From positions 461,823 to 525,822 of the forward strand of contig CAVPZX010000005.1 in NCBI GenBank assembly GCA_963710375.1: a stretch of DNA of 64,000 bases, in the 5' to 3' direction. The translations under genes were made by a program, and so were the position numbers. Below the pieces are notes generated by a model, which saw nothing but the letters and a program-made list of their open reading frames with translations, did no database searches and was not told the origin of the DNA. The first letter of the stretch is position 1, and each line of letters opens with the position of its first letter. Of the stretch, positions 18,015 through 29,560 are shown one piece after another. This DNA comes from Nitrospirota bacterium. Its GTDB lineage: Bacteria > Nitrospirota > Thermodesulfovibrionia > Thermodesulfovibrionales > Dissulfurispiraceae.

Positions 18015-20561
18015 ATGCAAAACAGCTTGGGTGAAGCTGAAATAAAGCTTTTCCAGTTTCTAGAGACCCTGCCAATGGGGATTTTTGTTCTGGACTCACA
18101 AGGAACATCCTGTTATGCAAATACAAAAGCGCAGGAAATGCTCGGCAAAGTGGTGACGGTAGACACCCAAGCCAGTCAGTTGGTTGATACCTTTAATGCA
18201 TACGTAGCAGGTACCGACCGTAAATACCCGCAAGAAGAAATGCCCATAGTCCGGGCACTTGCAGGTGAGACTGTCACTGTTAATGATATAGAGATACGCA
18301 GAGGCGACAGAAGTGTCTACCTTGCAGTGACAGGGTATCCGGTTTATGACGAAACAGGCTCGCTTCTGTACGCTGTTGCCGCCTGCACCGATATTACTCG
18401 CCTTAAAGAGACCGATGCCTACCGTGTCAATTATATTGAAACGCTTGAAGGGTTTGCCAGCCAGCTGATGTCTGCGGAGGGACAGCTAAAAAAATCCTAT
18501 GAAACAACAAGGAGCATTATAGAGAAGGCGCCGCTGGGCATCATTGTGATGAACGAGGACGGAAAGGTCGAGTACGTCAATAAGGCTATGCTTGACCTGG
18601 GTGGTGCGACCGAGCAGCAACTGAAAAACACAAATTTATTGGAACTCCCCGCTTACCAGGCAAAAGGACTTGACCGATTAATAAAAGATGTCTTCAAGGG
18701 AATAACTTTCACGAGTGAAACATTTGAATACACTTCACATTTCGGCAACAAAACGAGCTTTAGGAAATTCACAGGCATTCCTTTCTGCGAGGGCCTAAAT
18801 AAGAAAGCGCTGATTTTTATCGAAGATCTGACCGAACAGAAGAAGGCTGAAAACGTCTTGCGCCAGGCAAAACAGGACTGGGAGAACACCTTCAACTCAA
18901 TTGCCGATATGATTACTATTCACGACCGTGAGTTCAATATCCTGCACGCAAATACCGCCGCACAGGATATTCTCCATCTGGATTTGTTGGGCCTCGATGG
19001 GGCCAAATGTTTTGAGCATTTTCACGGGGAGAAGGAGCCTCACAAAGAATGCGCAGGCTGCGAATGCCTTGTAAACGGCAAATATACGGTTTCAGAGATG
19101 TTCGAACCGCACCTGAACAAATTCATCGAGGTGCGGGCAACCCCCCGTTTTGATGCACAAAAAGATATCACCAGGGTAATCCATGTTGTACGTGATATCA
19201 CGGAACGTAAAAAACTCGAAAATGATCTCATGCATCAGGCCCTCTATGACACACTCACCAATCTGCCCAACAGGGTGCTCCTGCTTGACCGCATTCAAAA
19301 CCTTTATGACCACCAGAAAAGACAGAAAAATTTGTTATTCGCGGTTCTTTTCATTGACCTTGACGAATTCAAGAAAATCAATGACAGCCTTGGGCACATT
19401 ATAGGAGATGAGTTGCTCCTTTCTGTGGCGCGACGCCTGTTGGAATTCACAAGACCGGGCGACACCACCTCCCGTTTTGGAGGTGATGAGTTTGTCATCC
19501 TACTTGACGACCTTGTGAGTGAGGAGCATGCCGTAAACGTGGCAGTAAGAATTCATGAAGCCATGCTTTCAGGATTTAATCTTAACGGCCGTGAGGTCTT
19601 TATCTCCGCAAGCATAGGCATCGCCCTGTCGGACAGTGCTGCTAACAAACCGGAGGACCTGCTGCGAAACGCCGACATAGCGATGTATAACGCCAAAACT
19701 ACAGGCAAAGCACGATATTCTGTTTTTGACAAGAGCATGCATGCGGAAGCCGTTGATTCTCTGACCATCGAGAACGACCTGCGGAAAGCTATTCAACGCG
19801 ACGAACTGCTCGTCTACTACCAGCCTATTGTGGATATTCATACGAAGCGGGTATCAGGGTTCGAGGCTCTGGCCAGATGGCTGCATCCTGTGCGGGGATT
19901 CATTCCGCCTGCCAAATTCATCCCTATAGCGGAAAGTACCGGACTGATAGAATCGATAGGCGCATTCGTGTTGAAAGACGCCTGCAAGTATATCAACCAG
20001 ATAAACGCTCGGTTCCCTCATGATCCCGCTCTCTATGTAAGCGTGAATTTGTCGGCAAAGCAGTTCAACAGCAAGCTCCCTGCTCTTGTCGCAGCTGCCC
20101 TTCTGGAATCATCCTTGGAGAGCGGCAATTTGAGGCTTGAGATAACCGAGGGCACCATCATGGAAAACATCTTTACGGCGTCTTCTATTTTGCATGATTT
20201 AAAAACAATGGGGGTGCAGGTATACCTTGACGACTTCGGCACGGGATATTCGTCTCTTAACTATCTGCATAAATTCCCGGTAAACGCATTGAAAATAGAC
20301 TCCTCATTTACCAGGAACATCCAGGGGGACAAGCAGGCGCAGGAGATACTGAAATCAATACTGGTACTGGCTACCAACCTTGAAATGAAAATGATCATAG
20401 AGGGAGTGGAAGACCAGGAGCAGCTCAACACATTCAAAGATCTTAACTGCCAATTCATCCAGGGCTTTTTATACTCACATCCTTTACCGACGAGTGAGTT
20501 GTTTGCATTTATGGAGCAAGCGGAAGAATTTGTAGCGCGTATTACTGATAAGTTGCGATAA
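18015..20561 (+). CDS. Multi-PAS GGDEF-EAL diguanylate cyclase/phosphodiesterase
   Basis: Three PAS-like segments, DTLTNLPNR, FGGDEF, FEALARW, LDDFGTGYSSL. Confidence 0.95.
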   Translation: MQNSLGEAEIKLFQFLETLPMGIFVLDSQGTSCYANTKAQEMLGKVVTVDTQASQLVDTFNAYVAGTDRKYPQEEMPIVRALAGETVTVNDIEIRRGDRSVYLAVTGYPVYDETGSLLYAVAACTDITRLKETDAYRVNYIETLEGFASQLMSAEGQLKKSYETTRSIIEKAPLGIIVMNEDGKVEYVNKAMLDLGGATEQQLKNTNLLELPAYQAKGLDRLIKDVFKGITFTSETFEYTSHFGNKTSFRKFTGIPFCEGLNKKALIFIEDLTEQKKAENVLRQAKQDWENTFNSIADMITIHDREFNILHANTAAQDILHLDLLGLDGAKCFEHFHGEKEPHKECAGCECLVNGKYTVSEMFEPHLNKFIEVRATPRFDAQKDITRVIHVVRDITERKKLENDLMHQALYDTLTNLPNRVLLLDRIQNLYDHQKRQKNLLFAVLFIDLDEFKKINDSLGHIIGDELLLSVARRLLEFTRPGDTTSRFGGDEFVILLDDLVSEEHAVNVAVRIHEAMLSGFNLNGREVFISASIGIALSDSAANKPEDLLRNADIAMYNAKTTGKARYSVFDKSMHAEAVDSLTIENDLRKAIQRDELLVYYQPIVDIHTKRVSGFEALARWLHPVRGFIPPAKFIPIAESTGLIESIGAFVLKDACKYINQINARFPHDPALYVSVNLSAKQFNSKLPALVAAALLESSLESGNLRLEITEGTIMENIFTASSILHDLKTMGVQVYLDDFGTGYSSLNYLHKFPVNALKIDSSFTRNIQGDKQAQEILKSILVLATNLEMKMIIEGVEDQEQLNTFKDLNCQFIQGFLYSHPLPTSELFAFMEQAEEFVARITDKLR

Positions 20562-20591
20562 CCAATAAAAAAGCGTTATAGCGTGCTCGGA

Positions 20592-21578
20592 TCAAGCCGG
20601 CTTTTGTCCTGTCACAAGACAGTCCATGACATCCCCGTACCGCACCTGCTGCACATTATTAAATCCCGCCCTTTCGAGCCCTTCTTTCACTTCTTTAAAG
20701 GTATAGGTGTCCCCACCTCGGGTGTTTACGAGCATATTAATGGCGAACATGGCTCCTGCCGGCGGTTTCGTGCGGGACTCGTCCATGATGTGGTCCCGGA
20801 TTAGCAATGTTCCGCCGGGTTCCAGGGCCCTAAAAATCTTTGTGTATAGATCCAGATTTTTCTCCTGACTGTTTTGATGGATGATAGCCGACAGGAGCGC
20901 CAGATCGCATCCTCCGGGAAGCTCGTCCTCGTAAAAGTCCCCTGCAACGAGATCAACACGGTTTTCGATCCCTTTCTTTAAAAGTCTTTCTCTGGCCATG
21001 GGAATTACATTCCCAAGATCGAAAAGCGCCGCTGTCATAGTCGTGTTGCGGCGCAGGAACGCGATAGTGTAACTACCGGAACCTCCGCCAATATCGAGCA
21101 ACCGTTTAAATCTGCCAAGATCGAAATCCCCGGCTATCTTTTGAGCGAGCTCCCGGCCTACGACATGCATGGCGCCGATGAATGACTTCCAGCCTTCATC
21201 ATCCCTTAGCATGCCCGGCTCCGGTTCGGCGTGTCCCCCTTCCATAACAACTTCCGTGAGATTGCTCCATGTGTCCCACAGGCGGTTCATGTGCAGAAGC
21301 ATCGGCAGGACAGTTTGCGGATGGAGTGATGAATAGAACGCACCATTTTCCGTTGGTTTGTAGACGCTGTCCTGTTTTTCCAAAAGACCGAAGGTGACCA
21401 GGCAGTCCAGAACCCTGGTAGTGGCCCGCGCATCAAGCCCCTTCTCCAGGGCCAGTTCACCGGCGCTGCACGGTTTTTCATCCAGACTGGTGAAAAAGTT
21501 GAGTTCTGCCGCAGTCAAAATCACGCGGCTTTTCATAAACCCTCTGGCTTCAGCTATAACAACATCTGCCTGTCCCAA
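20592..21578 (-). CDS. SAM-dependent O-methyltransferase (dimerisation plus Methyltransf_2 domains)
   Basis: LLDIGGGSG, VAGDFY, LEPGGTLLI; TTG start at 21578 after ggagg. Confidence 0.85.
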   Translation of the reverse strand: MGQADVVIAEARGFMKSRVILTAAELNFFTSLDEKPCSAGELALEKGLDARATTRVLDCLVTFGLLEKQDSVYKPTENGAFYSSLHPQTVLPMLLHMNRLWDTWSNLTEVVMEGGHAEPEPGMLRDDEGWKSFIGAMHVVGRELAQKIAGDFDLGRFKRLLDIGGGSGSYTIAFLRRNTTMTAALFDLGNVIPMARERLLKKGIENRVDLVAGDFYEDELPGGCDLALLSAIIHQNSQEKNLDLYTKIFRALEPGGTLLIRDHIMDESRTKPPAGAMFAINMLVNTRGGDTYTFKEVKEGLERAGFNNVQQVRYGDVMDCLVTGQKPA

Positions 21579-21589
21579 TATCCGCCTCC

Positions 21590-22615
21590 CTAAATTTCTC
21601 TTCCGACTGCCTGAGCTACCAGTTTCAATTCCTGCATGAGCTTTGCAAAGTAGTCCGGGCGTAGAGATTGCTCTCCATCGGAAAATGCCTCTTCCGGATT
21701 CGTGTGGACCTCGATCATAAGCGCATCGGTTCCTGCTGCAACCGCGGCTTTTGCCATAGGGGCAACGAGGTCCCATTTCCCCACCCCGTGACTCGGATCG
21801 ACAACAACAGGCAAGTGAGTAAGTTGCTTGAGGACAGGCACCGCGCTGAGGTCAAGTGTATTTCTGGTGGCAGTCTCAAACGTCCTGATACCCCGTTCGC
21901 ATAGCATGACATTATGGTTGCCGCGGGACATGATGTATTCAGCTGACATTAACCATTCTTTAATAGTAGAGGAGAGACCGCGTTTCAACAGTACCGGCTT
22001 GTTGACCGCGCCTACCTCGAGAAGGAGCCTGAAATTCTGCATGTTCCTAGCGCCGATCTGGATAATGTCGGCGTATTCAATAATTTTGTCAATGTCGCGC
22101 GGGTCCATAATTTCGGTAACGACCGGGAGCCCTGTTTTTTTGCTCGCCTCGGCAAGGTATTTGAGTCCTTCCTCACCCAGACCCTGGAAGGAATAGGGGG
22201 ATGTCCTCGGCTTGTATGCGCCGCCCCTTAAGAATGTGGCGCCGGCGCTTTTTACCTTTTCTGCAATATTTGTAAGAATCGTATTGTTCTCCACCGCGCA
22301 TGGACCGGCAATGACCTGGATTTTTTTCCCGCCGATGACGATCCCCTTCACCGTTATCTCAGTGCTTTCTTTTTTGAAGTCACGGCTCGCGAGCTTGTAA
22401 GGCTTTAATATACGAACTATATTTTCAACGCCGGTCATTGCCCTGAGCGCGTCTTCTTCATCCTCGGTGACCTTGGAGGTGTCGCCGATAACACCGATGA
22501 TCGTCCGCTCTGTGCCCTGCGATACGTGCGCCTTCAGTCCTTTGCTCTCAAGTTTTTTGAGAATATGCCTGATATCTTCTTCAGCAGTCTCAGGCTTTAA
22601 AACAATAATGTCCAT
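21590..22615 (-). CDS. aroF: DAHP synthase (class I-beta)
   Basis: [35 protein letters not shown]. Confidence 0.93.
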   Translation of the reverse strand: MDIIVLKPETAEEDIRHILKKLESKGLKAHVSQGTERTIIGVIGDTSKVTEDEEDALRAMTGVENIVRILKPYKLASRDFKKESTEITVKGIVIGGKKIQVIAGPCAVENNTILTNIAEKVKSAGATFLRGGAYKPRTSPYSFQGLGEEGLKYLAEASKKTGLPVVTEIMDPRDIDKIIEYADIIQIGARNMQNFRLLLEVGAVNKPVLLKRGLSSTIKEWLMSAEYIMSRGNHNVMLCERGIRTFETATRNTLDLSAVPVLKQLTHLPVVVDPSHGVGKWDLVAPMAKAAVAAGTDALMIEVHTNPEEAFSDGEQSLRPDYFAKLMQELKLVAQAVGREI

Positions 22616-22710
22616 AACTCCTCCTCTGCAAAAATGCAATTAAGAATTACGAATTAGGAATTACGAATAAATGAGCATGATCTTTTTCCATAATTTCTAA
22701 TTCTTAATTC

Positions 22711-23812
22711 CTAATTCTCAATTGCCTTTTTTAGTGCTTTTATAAAGCGTCTGTTTTCTTCGGGAAGTCCTATAGTTACCCGTACCTCTTTGGCTCCCAT
22801 GGGCCTTACTATGACGCCTTCATGCAGCAGTGAGTTGTATAGGGGGCCCGAGTTGAACAGGCAACCGCAGGTAAATAAAGTTTGCTTCAGTAGGAACAAA
22901 GGACAGTTTGAGAGATGAGAGTTCTCCGTATAGGAACCGTTTCCCTTCCTCATTAACGCTAATGGATCTCTCAAGATGACCTGTGTCATCAAGGGCAGAC
23001 CGGGCAGCTAATTGTGAAAGCGAGGTCGTATTAAACGGTAGCCTGATCCTGTCGAGGTCGGCAAGGAGTTCTTTTTTTGCAATGCCGTAGCCTATTCTGA
23101 ATCCTGCAAGCCCGTATGCTTTGGAGAATGTTCTGAGTATGAGAATGTCTTTGTCGCTGCCGAGGTACTTAAAGGTATCAGGATATGACGGGTCAGTGAC
23201 ATATTCATAATATGCCTCATCAACGATTACGAGCACTCCCTCCGGGACCCTGTTCATGAACGCTTCGAACTCATCCCTTCTGTTGATTGTGCCGGTAGGG
23301 TTGTTTGGGTTCGCGATAAAGACCATTTTTGTTTTTCCTGTAATGGCATCAGCCATTTTTGTGAGGTCGTGCCGGAAATCGGTTAGAGGCACCTGTATGG
23401 AAATCCCGTTTACCGACTGCACAGACATGGAATAAACAATAAACGAGGGCGTCGCCATAACTGCCTCATCTCCATATCCCATAAATGTCCGAACAGCTGT
23501 GTCTAACAATTCGTTTGAGCCATTGCCGAGTATTATCTCATCAGGACTTACGGTTACTCCCTGCAAAGAGAGCTTTTCTGAAAGTGCGTTTTTAAGGTAG
23601 TAGCCGCCGCCGTCGGGATAACGGTTCAGTTCTCCTCCGGTTTTAATATGTTCTCTTACTGCATCCAGTGCCTTTGGCGATGGACCGAGTGGGTTTTCAT
23701 TGGATGCCAGCTTGATACACTCCTCAATGCCGAGCTCGCGCTCAAGCTCTTCCATTGGTTTGCCCGGTATATAGGGCTTGATACGCGATACATAATCACA
23801 CGGTTTTATCAT
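22711..23812 (-). CDS. hisC: Histidinol-phosphate aminotransferase, with an apparent 1-nt insertion near 22840-22870
   Basis: KLASNENP, NPNNPTG, DEAY, RTFSKAYGLAG; the C-terminus VRVTIGLPEEN is in the neighbouring frame (ORF 22711..22992). Confidence 0.88.
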
Positions 23813-23815
23813 TAT

Positions 23816-24940
23816 TCATCCTTTATCCATACTCTCATCTGCTTTATCCATACTCTCATCTGCAGGGTAAGACCCCAAATGCTTGAGGTAAAGAGACTTC
23901 TCCCGTACGTTGTCAAGTGCTTTTTTGACTTTTTTATCCTCTATATGTCCTTCCATATCTACAAAGAAAATATATTCCCACGCCTTTCTTTTAGATGGCC
24001 TGGATTCGATCTTGGATAGGTTTAATCCGGCTTCCCTGAAAGCATAGAGCACTTCGTACAGCGCTCCGGGCTTATCTTTTACGGAGCACAAAATCGATGT
24101 CTTGTCCCTGCCGGTCCTTGATGGGAAAGTTTTTGCTATGACCAGAAAACGCGTATAATTGTCTTTCCTGTCTTCTATGTGCTTTTCGATAAACCGCAGG
24201 TCGTAAAGCCTGGCAGCCATTTCACTCGCAATTGCGGCAACATCGGGATTCTTGGATGCGAGCTCGGCAGCCTTTGCCGTGCTTGCGCATTCATGGAGCG
24301 GAATGTTGGGCATATTTGCAGCAAGCCATATCTTGCACTGAGCAATGGGTTGCGGGTGAGAAAAGATCTTTTTCACCTTTTTCCTGTCGCCGCTCCTGGA
24401 CAAGAGATTCTGCGATACTTCCAGAAGCTCTTCCGCGCATATTTTCAGATCGTAGTCCATAAACATATCAAGCGTGGAACTTACAACGCCTTCATTGGAA
24501 TTCTCTATCGGCACAAGGCCGTAATCAGTTTTTCCTCCCTCAACAGCATCAAAAACCCCTTTAATGCTGTCTACCGGCATATAATGCGCCGAGTGCCCGA
24601 AGTGCCGGAGCGCCGCAAGGTGGGTGAATGTTCCACCAGGACCGAAATAGGCTATTTTGAGCGGCTCCTCAAGGGAGAGCGAAGCCGAAATGATCTCCCT
24701 GAATATGACTTTTAATGCCTCATTTGGGAAAGGTCCTTTGTTTAAAGAGGTGACGTATTTTATAATTTCCCTCTCACGCTCCGGTGAGTGGAATTTAAGA
24801 TTGGCCGATCTTTTTATTTTTGCTATATCAACGGCCAGATTTGCTCTTCTATTTAAGAGTTCGACTATTCCCGAGTCGATAGCATCTATTTCCCGCCGCT
24901 TCGTCTCGATGTTTGGAGTTTTATTTTTTCGCACGCCCAT
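23816..24940 (-). CDS. pheA: Chorismate mutase/prephenate dehydratase
   Basis: N-terminal CM (RREIDAID), PIENS, NYTRF, KIESRP. Confidence 0.95.
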   Translation of the reverse strand: MGVRKNKTPNIETKRREIDAIDSGIVELLNRRANLAVDIAKIKRSANLKFHSPEREREIIKYVTSLNKGPFPNEALKVIFREIISASLSLEEPLKIAYFGPGGTFTHLAALRHFGHSAHYMPVDSIKGVFDAVEGGKTDYGLVPIENSNEGVVSSTLDMFMDYDLKICAEELLEVSQNLLSRSGDRKKVKKIFSHPQPIAQCKIWLAANMPNIPLHECASTAKAAELASKNPDVAAIASEMAARLYDLRFIEKHIEDRKDNYTRFLVIAKTFPSRTGRDKTSILCSVKDKPGALYEVLYAFREAGLNLSKIESRPSKRKAWEYIFFVDMEGHIEDKKVKKALDNVREKSLYLKHLGSYPADESMDKADESMDKG

Positions 24941-25015
24941 GGTTTTTAATAGTACAGGAATATTCTTTGTTTTTTCAATTCACTATGACCCATAACCTGT
25001 TTTTTATACAGCCTG

Positions 25016-26440
25016 TTACCTGCCTTTTGTATGCAGCTTGCGGAGTCTTATTATATTTGTCTTCCCCAGGAACGGTGAGCTTGCAACAAAAACAATACTG
25101 TCTCCATTTTTTATGAGGCCGTCCTTAATCAATGACCTATCTATATCAGCCGTGGAATGGATGTCCAGAATCTCACTGTTTCCGAGCTTGATCATTTTTC
25201 CTGTGACGCCCCAGTAAAGCGGCATTTGTCTCAGCGCCGTTTCGTCGGTAGTTAATGCAATAACAGGAATTTCAGGCTTTATTTTGGCAAGGAGCCTGGC
25301 GGTAAACCCAGAAACAGTAAAGACCACGATGGCCTTGGCCCCGATATCGCGTGCTGCGTTGCAGGCGCCGTCGGCAATCGCCTCAGGAAACCTGTTTCCG
25401 GGCTGATAGGGGGACTGAATTTTTTGAAAAAGGGTTTCTTCGGTATATCTTATTATGGTATCCATCATTTTAAATGATTCAATCGGGTATTTACCTGATG
25501 CAGTTTCGGCCGATAGCATCAGAGCATCAGTCCCGTCAAGAACGGCATTGGCCACATCGGAAGCCTCTGCCCTGGTCGGTCGTGTATGCTTTGTCATGGA
25601 CTCAAGCATCTGGGTGGCAGTGATCACCAGCTTACCTTTTTTGTTTGCAAGATCGATGAGCATCTTCTGGATGATGGGCACCTTTTCAGTCGGCATCTCG
25701 ACGCCCAAGTCACCTCTTGCCACCATGATTCCGTCAACCATTTCAATAATGTCGTTTATGTTATTTATAGCTTCCGGTTTTTCGATCTTTGCTATCAGGG
25801 GAGGGAGGGTTATCCCTTTTCGTTTTGCCCATCTCAAAACGATGTCGATGTCGTCCGGCGTTCTCACAAAAGAAATAGCTACATAATCGACGCCCATGGA
25901 CAGGCCGAACTCCAGGTCCGACCGGTCCTTCGCGGTAAAGGCACGAAGTGTGGTCTTTGATGAGGGGAGGTTGACGCCTTTTTTCGATTTTATCACTCCC
26001 CCTTCAATGACCTTTGCCCTGAGCGCATTTGGCGATTTGCCGAGCACGGTCAGCTTGATCAGGCCGTCGTCAATCACTATATTCTCTCCCTCCTTAACAT
26101 CTTTAAGCAGGGCGGGATAAGATATGAACAACTTTTCTCGTGTGCTTATGTCCCTTCCGGGGGAAATGGAGACTTCCTGGCCCCTCTTGAGCAGAAAGCT
26201 TTCGCCTTCGACATCGCCCAGCCTTATCTTTATTCCCTGGAGGTCCTGTAGGATCGAAACCACTCTTTTTTGCCTCCGGGATTCCTCGCGCACAATTGAT
26301 GCAACTTTGCCTTGCGTTTTGTGGTCGCCGTGCGAGAAGTTTAACCGTGCCACATCCATGCCGCTCATTATCAGTGAGCGAATCATTTTGTGTGTGTTTG
26401 TTGAGGGACCGATAGTGCAGACAATTTTTGCTTTTCTCAT
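25016..26440 (-). CDS. pyk: Pyruvate kinase
   Basis: KIVCTIGP, RLNFSHG, MVARGDLGVE, ATQMLESM. Confidence 0.97.
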   Translation of the reverse strand: MRKAKIVCTIGPSTNTHKMIRSLIMSGMDVARLNFSHGDHKTQGKVASIVREESRRQKRVVSILQDLQGIKIRLGDVEGESFLLKRGQEVSISPGRDISTREKLFISYPALLKDVKEGENIVIDDGLIKLTVLGKSPNALRAKVIEGGVIKSKKGVNLPSSKTTLRAFTAKDRSDLEFGLSMGVDYVAISFVRTPDDIDIVLRWAKRKGITLPPLIAKIEKPEAINNINDIIEMVDGIMVARGDLGVEMPTEKVPIIQKMLIDLANKKGKLVITATQMLESMTKHTRPTRAEASDVANAVLDGTDALMLSAETASGKYPIESFKMMDTIIRYTEETLFQKIQSPYQPGNRFPEAIADGACNAARDIGAKAIVVFTVSGFTARLLAKIKPEIPVIALTTDETALRQMPLYWGVTGKMIKLGNSEILDIHSTADIDRSLIKDGLIKNGDSIVFVASSPFLGKTNIIRLRKLHTKGR

Positions 26441-26526
26441 AAACGCTCCTTAAAACATCAGGTTAAGGCTAAGGTTAAGGTTAAGATCAAGATCAAGCAT
26501 TTTTTTTCTTAACCTCAACCTTAACC

Positions 26527-28098
26527 TCAGCCTGTTTTTATTTGTGTGGTGCTGTGTTTAAGGCGTCCCTTTCCTTTTGACGGGTAGTCAGAACGGTAAT
26601 GGGCTCCCACACTTTCTTTTCTCCTTAATGCCGCCTCTGTAATGATAATAGAAACGGTAAGCATGTTCTTCAACTCGATATCTCTCCTTGAAACAAAGTC
26701 CATATCGAGAATAAATTTCCATTCGGAAAGAAGCTTCAGTGCCTCCCCGAGAGATGTTTCGCTCCGTATTATACCTACATTTTTCCACATAATATCTCTG
26801 AGAGATTCCCGCACTCTATCTGAATCGGGGAGCGTATTATCCGATTTTATGGGAGAACATATTGCCCTTAAGTCTTTTTCTGCTTCAGAATTCCCGTGCT
26901 CCGGATCTGCAGAATAAGTTTGTCGTGCTGCGGCCCGGCCCGCCCTGTATCCATACACTAGTCCCTCGAGCAGGCTGTTGCTTGCAAGCCGGTTGGCGCC
27001 GTGAACACCGGTGCAGGAGACTTCACCAGCCGCATACAGCCCCTGCACCGACGTGCAGCCGTTGTTGTCTGTCCTTACCCCGCCCATGAAGTAGTGTGCA
27101 GCAGGGGAAACCGGGATCAAGTCGCCGGTTATGTCAACCGCGTACTGAAGACAGGTGGAATAAATCCTCGGGAAGCGGTTTTTTATGAACTTGCCGTCAA
27201 TGTGCCTGAGATCAAGGTATACGTGGTCTGTTCCTGTAGCGTTCATCTCGGATATGATCGCCCTTGATACCACGTCCCGTGGAGCAAGCTCCGCATCGGC
27301 ATGGTAATTCTTCATGAACTGTTCTCCTCTTTTGTTCTTTAAAAGTGCTCCTTCGCCCCGCATGGCCTCGCTGAGCAGAAATTGAGGGGCAGGAGGCATA
27401 AAAAGCGCGGTAGGATGAAACTGAACAAATTCCATATCTTCCAGTATGGCGCCTGCCCGGTAAGCAATAGCCATGCCGTCGCCAGTTGCCACTGCAGGGT
27501 TCGTCGTCCTGGAAAATATCTGTCCAGCTCCTCCGGTGGCAAGCACGGTCGATTTAGCTTCTATGTAATAGCTGTCAGTTGCGCTTATAGCACATCCGCC
27601 CCGGCAAGTTCCACTCTTAATAATGAGGTCAACGGCAGTGCTGAAAGGAAGCCTTTCAATATTCTTTTTAGACCTGGCTTTGCTGATAAGCACCCTTTCC
27701 AGTTCCTTGCCTGTTGAATCGCCATGGGAGTGCAGGATTCTGCGGCGTGAATGGGCAGCCTCCATCGTGAAAGCGAGTTTTGTCCCCTCGTGGTCAAATT
27801 CAGCGCCCCACTCAATAAGTTCGGATATCCTGCTTGGACCCTCTTCTACGAGCACGCGCACCGCTGCCTCTTTGCAGAGACCTGCGCCTGCTTTAATCGT
27901 ATCTTCAAAGTGAATTCCCACCTCATCCTCATCGCTCAGTGCAACTGCAACGCCGCCCTGAGCATATTCCGTACTGCTTTCGGTGGGGACATCTTTTGTC
28001 ACTACGAGGACGCCGCCGTAATCTGCAAGCTCTATGGCCGACCTTAGTCCGGCAACTCCGCTGCCGATGACGAGGAAGTCAGTCGTTATTTTTTGCAT
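26527..28098 (-). CDS. nadB: L-aspartate oxidase
   Basis: GSGVAG, YAQGGVA, QFHPT, GVHGANRLASNSLLE. Confidence 0.93.
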   Translation of the reverse strand: MQKITTDFLVIGSGVAGLRSAIELADYGGVLVVTKDVPTESSTEYAQGGVAVALSDEDEVGIHFEDTIKAGAGLCKEAAVRVLVEEGPSRISELIEWGAEFDHEGTKLAFTMEAAHSRRRILHSHGDSTGKELERVLISKARSKKNIERLPFSTAVDLIIKSGTCRGGCAISATDSYYIEAKSTVLATGGAGQIFSRTTNPAVATGDGMAIAYRAGAILEDMEFVQFHPTALFMPPAPQFLLSEAMRGEGALLKNKRGEQFMKNYHADAELAPRDVVSRAIISEMNATGTDHVYLDLRHIDGKFIKNRFPRIYSTCLQYAVDITGDLIPVSPAAHYFMGGVRTDNNGCTSVQGLYAAGEVSCTGVHGANRLASNSLLEGLVYGYRAGRAAARQTYSADPEHGNSEAEKDLRAICSPIKSDNTLPDSDRVRESLRDIMWKNVGIIRSETSLGEALKLLSEWKFILDMDFVSRRDIELKNMLTVSIIITEAALRRKESVGAHYRSDYPSKGKGRLKHSTTQIKTG

Positions 28099-28235
28099 AG
28101 TATATAAGCTGGCTTTTCAGTGAATTTCAGGTTGGCACTATTCATGTGTCTGAATTCTACCATATTAGGTTGACTCCTGAGTGCAGATTTAATAAACTTT
28201 ATAAAAGAGAAAACTTTTATCGGGAGGATGGGTTA

Positions 28236-28730
28236 ATGGGGGGCAATGAGAAAGATGCGCTTGCAGAATCGTTGGCGGATTACAAGGGAAAGGTCAACCC
28301 TGTAGTCAAGGCCACGCTTACATGGGATAAGGACCTTATATTTGTGGGGAGGACTAATGAAGGGTATGAGATAGAGTTTGATGCCAACGTCCAGTGGGGC
28401 TGCAAGCCGACCGATGCATTGATTCTCAGTCTTGCCGGATGCATGGGAATTGATGTGTTAATGTTTCTGCAGAAGATGCGCGCGGAGATTGCTGAGTTTA
28501 AAATCACCACTGTAGGTGAGAGGAACCCTACGCCGCCGCAGTACTTCAAGGCAATTGAAATGACTCTGCATATAGCCGGAAAGCACCTCAACCCAAAAAA
28601 GGTCGAAAGGGCGGTGTCCCTGTCACATGAGAAGTACTGCTCTGTCTATAACTCACTCAGAAAAGATATGGATGTTAAGGTGAAGTATGTCCTTGAGGAT
28701 AAAGAGCCGGCAGCAGAGACTGCTAAATGA
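28236..28730 (+). CDS. OsmC/YhfA family protein
   Basis: SLAGCMGIDV...LSHEKYCSV. Confidence 0.85.
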   Translation: MGGNEKDALAESLADYKGKVNPVVKATLTWDKDLIFVGRTNEGYEIEFDANVQWGCKPTDALILSLAGCMGIDVLMFLQKMRAEIAEFKITTVGERNPTPPQYFKAIEMTLHIAGKHLNPKKVERAVSLSHEKYCSVYNSLRKDMDVKVKYVLEDKEPAAETAK

Positions 28731-28751
28731 GCGCTTAGGAACGTGGCCAGC

Positions 28752-29460
28752 ATGTCATTGACAGCCGGGATCATTGTTTCTACGCCGGGAGAAGCAGACT
28801 CTGTTGCTCAGTAACCTTGAGGCGAAAAGGACACTGACACACCAGAATAAATCTTTCTTTTCAGGTCTGATCAACGGAAATGCACGAACTGTTATATGCA
28901 TATGCGGCGTGGGTAAGACCAATGCATCTCACGGGACAACTCTTCTTCTTGAACGGTTCGGGCCCGACCATGTCTATAGCATCGGGGTTGCCGGCGCGTA
29001 TCCGGGTTCAGGCTTGAACATCGGGGACGTGGCTGTTGCGGAAAACGAATTTTACGGTGATGAAGGAATACTGACTGAAAGCGGTTTTCATACAATTGAG
29101 GCGCTAGGTATGCCCCTTGTTTCAGTCAGAGGGAACGAATATTACAACAAATTTCCTCTTGTTGTTCCTGAGGCATTTAAAGGCAGCAGATCGAAGGGCA
29201 ATTTTGTCAGTGTTTCCACCTGTACCGGTACACTATCCAAGGCCATAGAGTTGGAGAAGAGGTTTAATGCAATATGCGAAAACATGGAAGGCGCTGCCGT
29301 CGCCCATATCTGCGCCCTGAACAACATACCAGTCAGCGAGATCAGGGGCATCAGCAATATAATCGGCACACGCGAGGCTTCTCCTCTGGAAACCGCTGCT
29401 ATCCGTGCTGCTGCGGAAAACGTTCAGAAAATGCTGATGGGGAAACTGCCGGCTTTCTGA
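28752..29460 (+). CDS. mqnB: Futalosine hydrolase, with an apparent 1-nt insertion near 28800
   Basis: GVGKTNA, GVAGAY, VSTCTG, ENMEGAAVA, EIRGISN; the natural N-terminus MSLTAGIIVSTPGEAD (ATG 28752) is one base out of frame. Confidence 0.8.
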
Positions 29461-29560
29461 TATTACAAACAGGTAAAGGCATAGGCAAAGGTATAGACAG
29501 AGTTCTCGCTTAGTGGGTCAGCTTTCTTTTTTTCTTTACCTTTACCTTAACCTGCTATTT

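Noticed and set aside
23821..23862. 21-bp tandem duplication at the pheA 3' end (ADESMDK twice)
   Set aside because: It is in frame and lies in the tail after the ACT domain, so it is most likely neutral slippage.
28131..28148. TGGCAC box upstream of the OsmC gene as a sigma-54 promoter
   Set aside because: The -12 position reads GT rather than GC, so support is insufficient.
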